DNA of 46,870 nucleotides, taken from NCBI GenBank assembly GCA_963847705.1, contig CAWKBC010000038.1:1-46870 (forward strand). Direction: 5' to 3'. Below the pieces are notes generated by a model. The model searched no databases and was not told the origin of the DNA. It worked only from the letters and a program-made list of their open reading frames with translations. The position numbers were made by a program, and so were the translations under genes. Positions 46,628 to 46,870 of this stretch are shown piece by piece (position 1 is the stretch's first letter; every line of letters begins with the position of its first letter). This DNA is from an uncultured Pseudomonadota bacterium. GTDB lineage: Bacteria; Myxococcota_A; Polyangia; Fen-1088.

Positions 46628-46870
46628 GACTGCGGCTGCCCCTGACTGTCGCGCGACAGGCCGAGCGCGCGCATCTTCTTGTGCAGGTTGGTCCGCTCGA
46701 TCCCGAGCAGCGCGGCTGTCCGTGAGATGTTCCAGCCGTTTTCGTCCAGCTTGATCCGGATGTACTCGCGCTCCATGTGGTCGCGGAACTCGCGCAGCGG
46801 CAGCGCGCGCGCCTCGGCCGGCAGCTCGACCCGCGGGAGCTGGGTGGGCGGCATGGCGCTCTCCCGACGG
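46624..46870 (-). CDS. C-terminal fragment of a sigma54-dependent (NtrC/NtrX-like) regulator with Fis HTH; 5' end outside the window
   Basis: LREFR..EREYI..L..NGWNISRTA..LGIERTNLHKKM. The frame is open to the window edge. Confidence 0.85.
   Translation of the reverse strand, partial: RRESAMPPTQLPRVELPAEARALPLREFRDHMEREYIRIKLDENGWNISRTAALLGIERTNLHKKMRALGLSRDSQGQPQS

Overview
This is very GC-rich bacterial DNA. The gene content (FHA-GAF adenylate cyclase, many Gly/Thr-linker lipoproteins, TPR proteins, ECF cassettes) points to a Myxococcota-like chromosome, which is an inference. About 55 CDS can be supported. Housekeeping and metabolic genes include moeB/moeZ, an A-type Fe-S carrier, a GlcD-like oxidase, nth, a KamA radical SAM enzyme, thiC behind a TPP riboswitch, tolQRAB, a Ppx/GppA phosphatase, a DHH phosphoesterase, an aminotransferase and CBS plus cystathionine gamma-lyase. 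The most notable signal is a four-gene cassette present twice in divergent form (4328-7569 and 37116-41450). It comprises a putative outer-membrane beta-barrel protein with a 2-Cys N-domain and Pro-rich linker, an ECF sigma factor, a membrane anti-sigma candidate (FecR/TPR) and a Cys-rich lipoprotein. In the first copy a 34-bp motif recurs upstream of both the sigma gene and the lipoprotein gene, consistent with a self-contained, possibly TonB-receptor-independent trans-envelope signalling system. Other items of interest are a 77-bp hairpin-rich tandem array upstream of the thiC promoter, a candidate structured ncRNA after tolB, an orphan bufferin-like (BufA2) precursor and a fused NfnB/NfnA-like flavoenzyme with no canonical start codon. 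There are also three paralogous lipoproteins divergent from tolQ, a rhomboid pseudoprotease and two small proteins missed by the ORF track. No rRNA, tRNA, CRISPR array, transposase or integrase was recognised. All calls come from reading motifs by eye; no searches were run.
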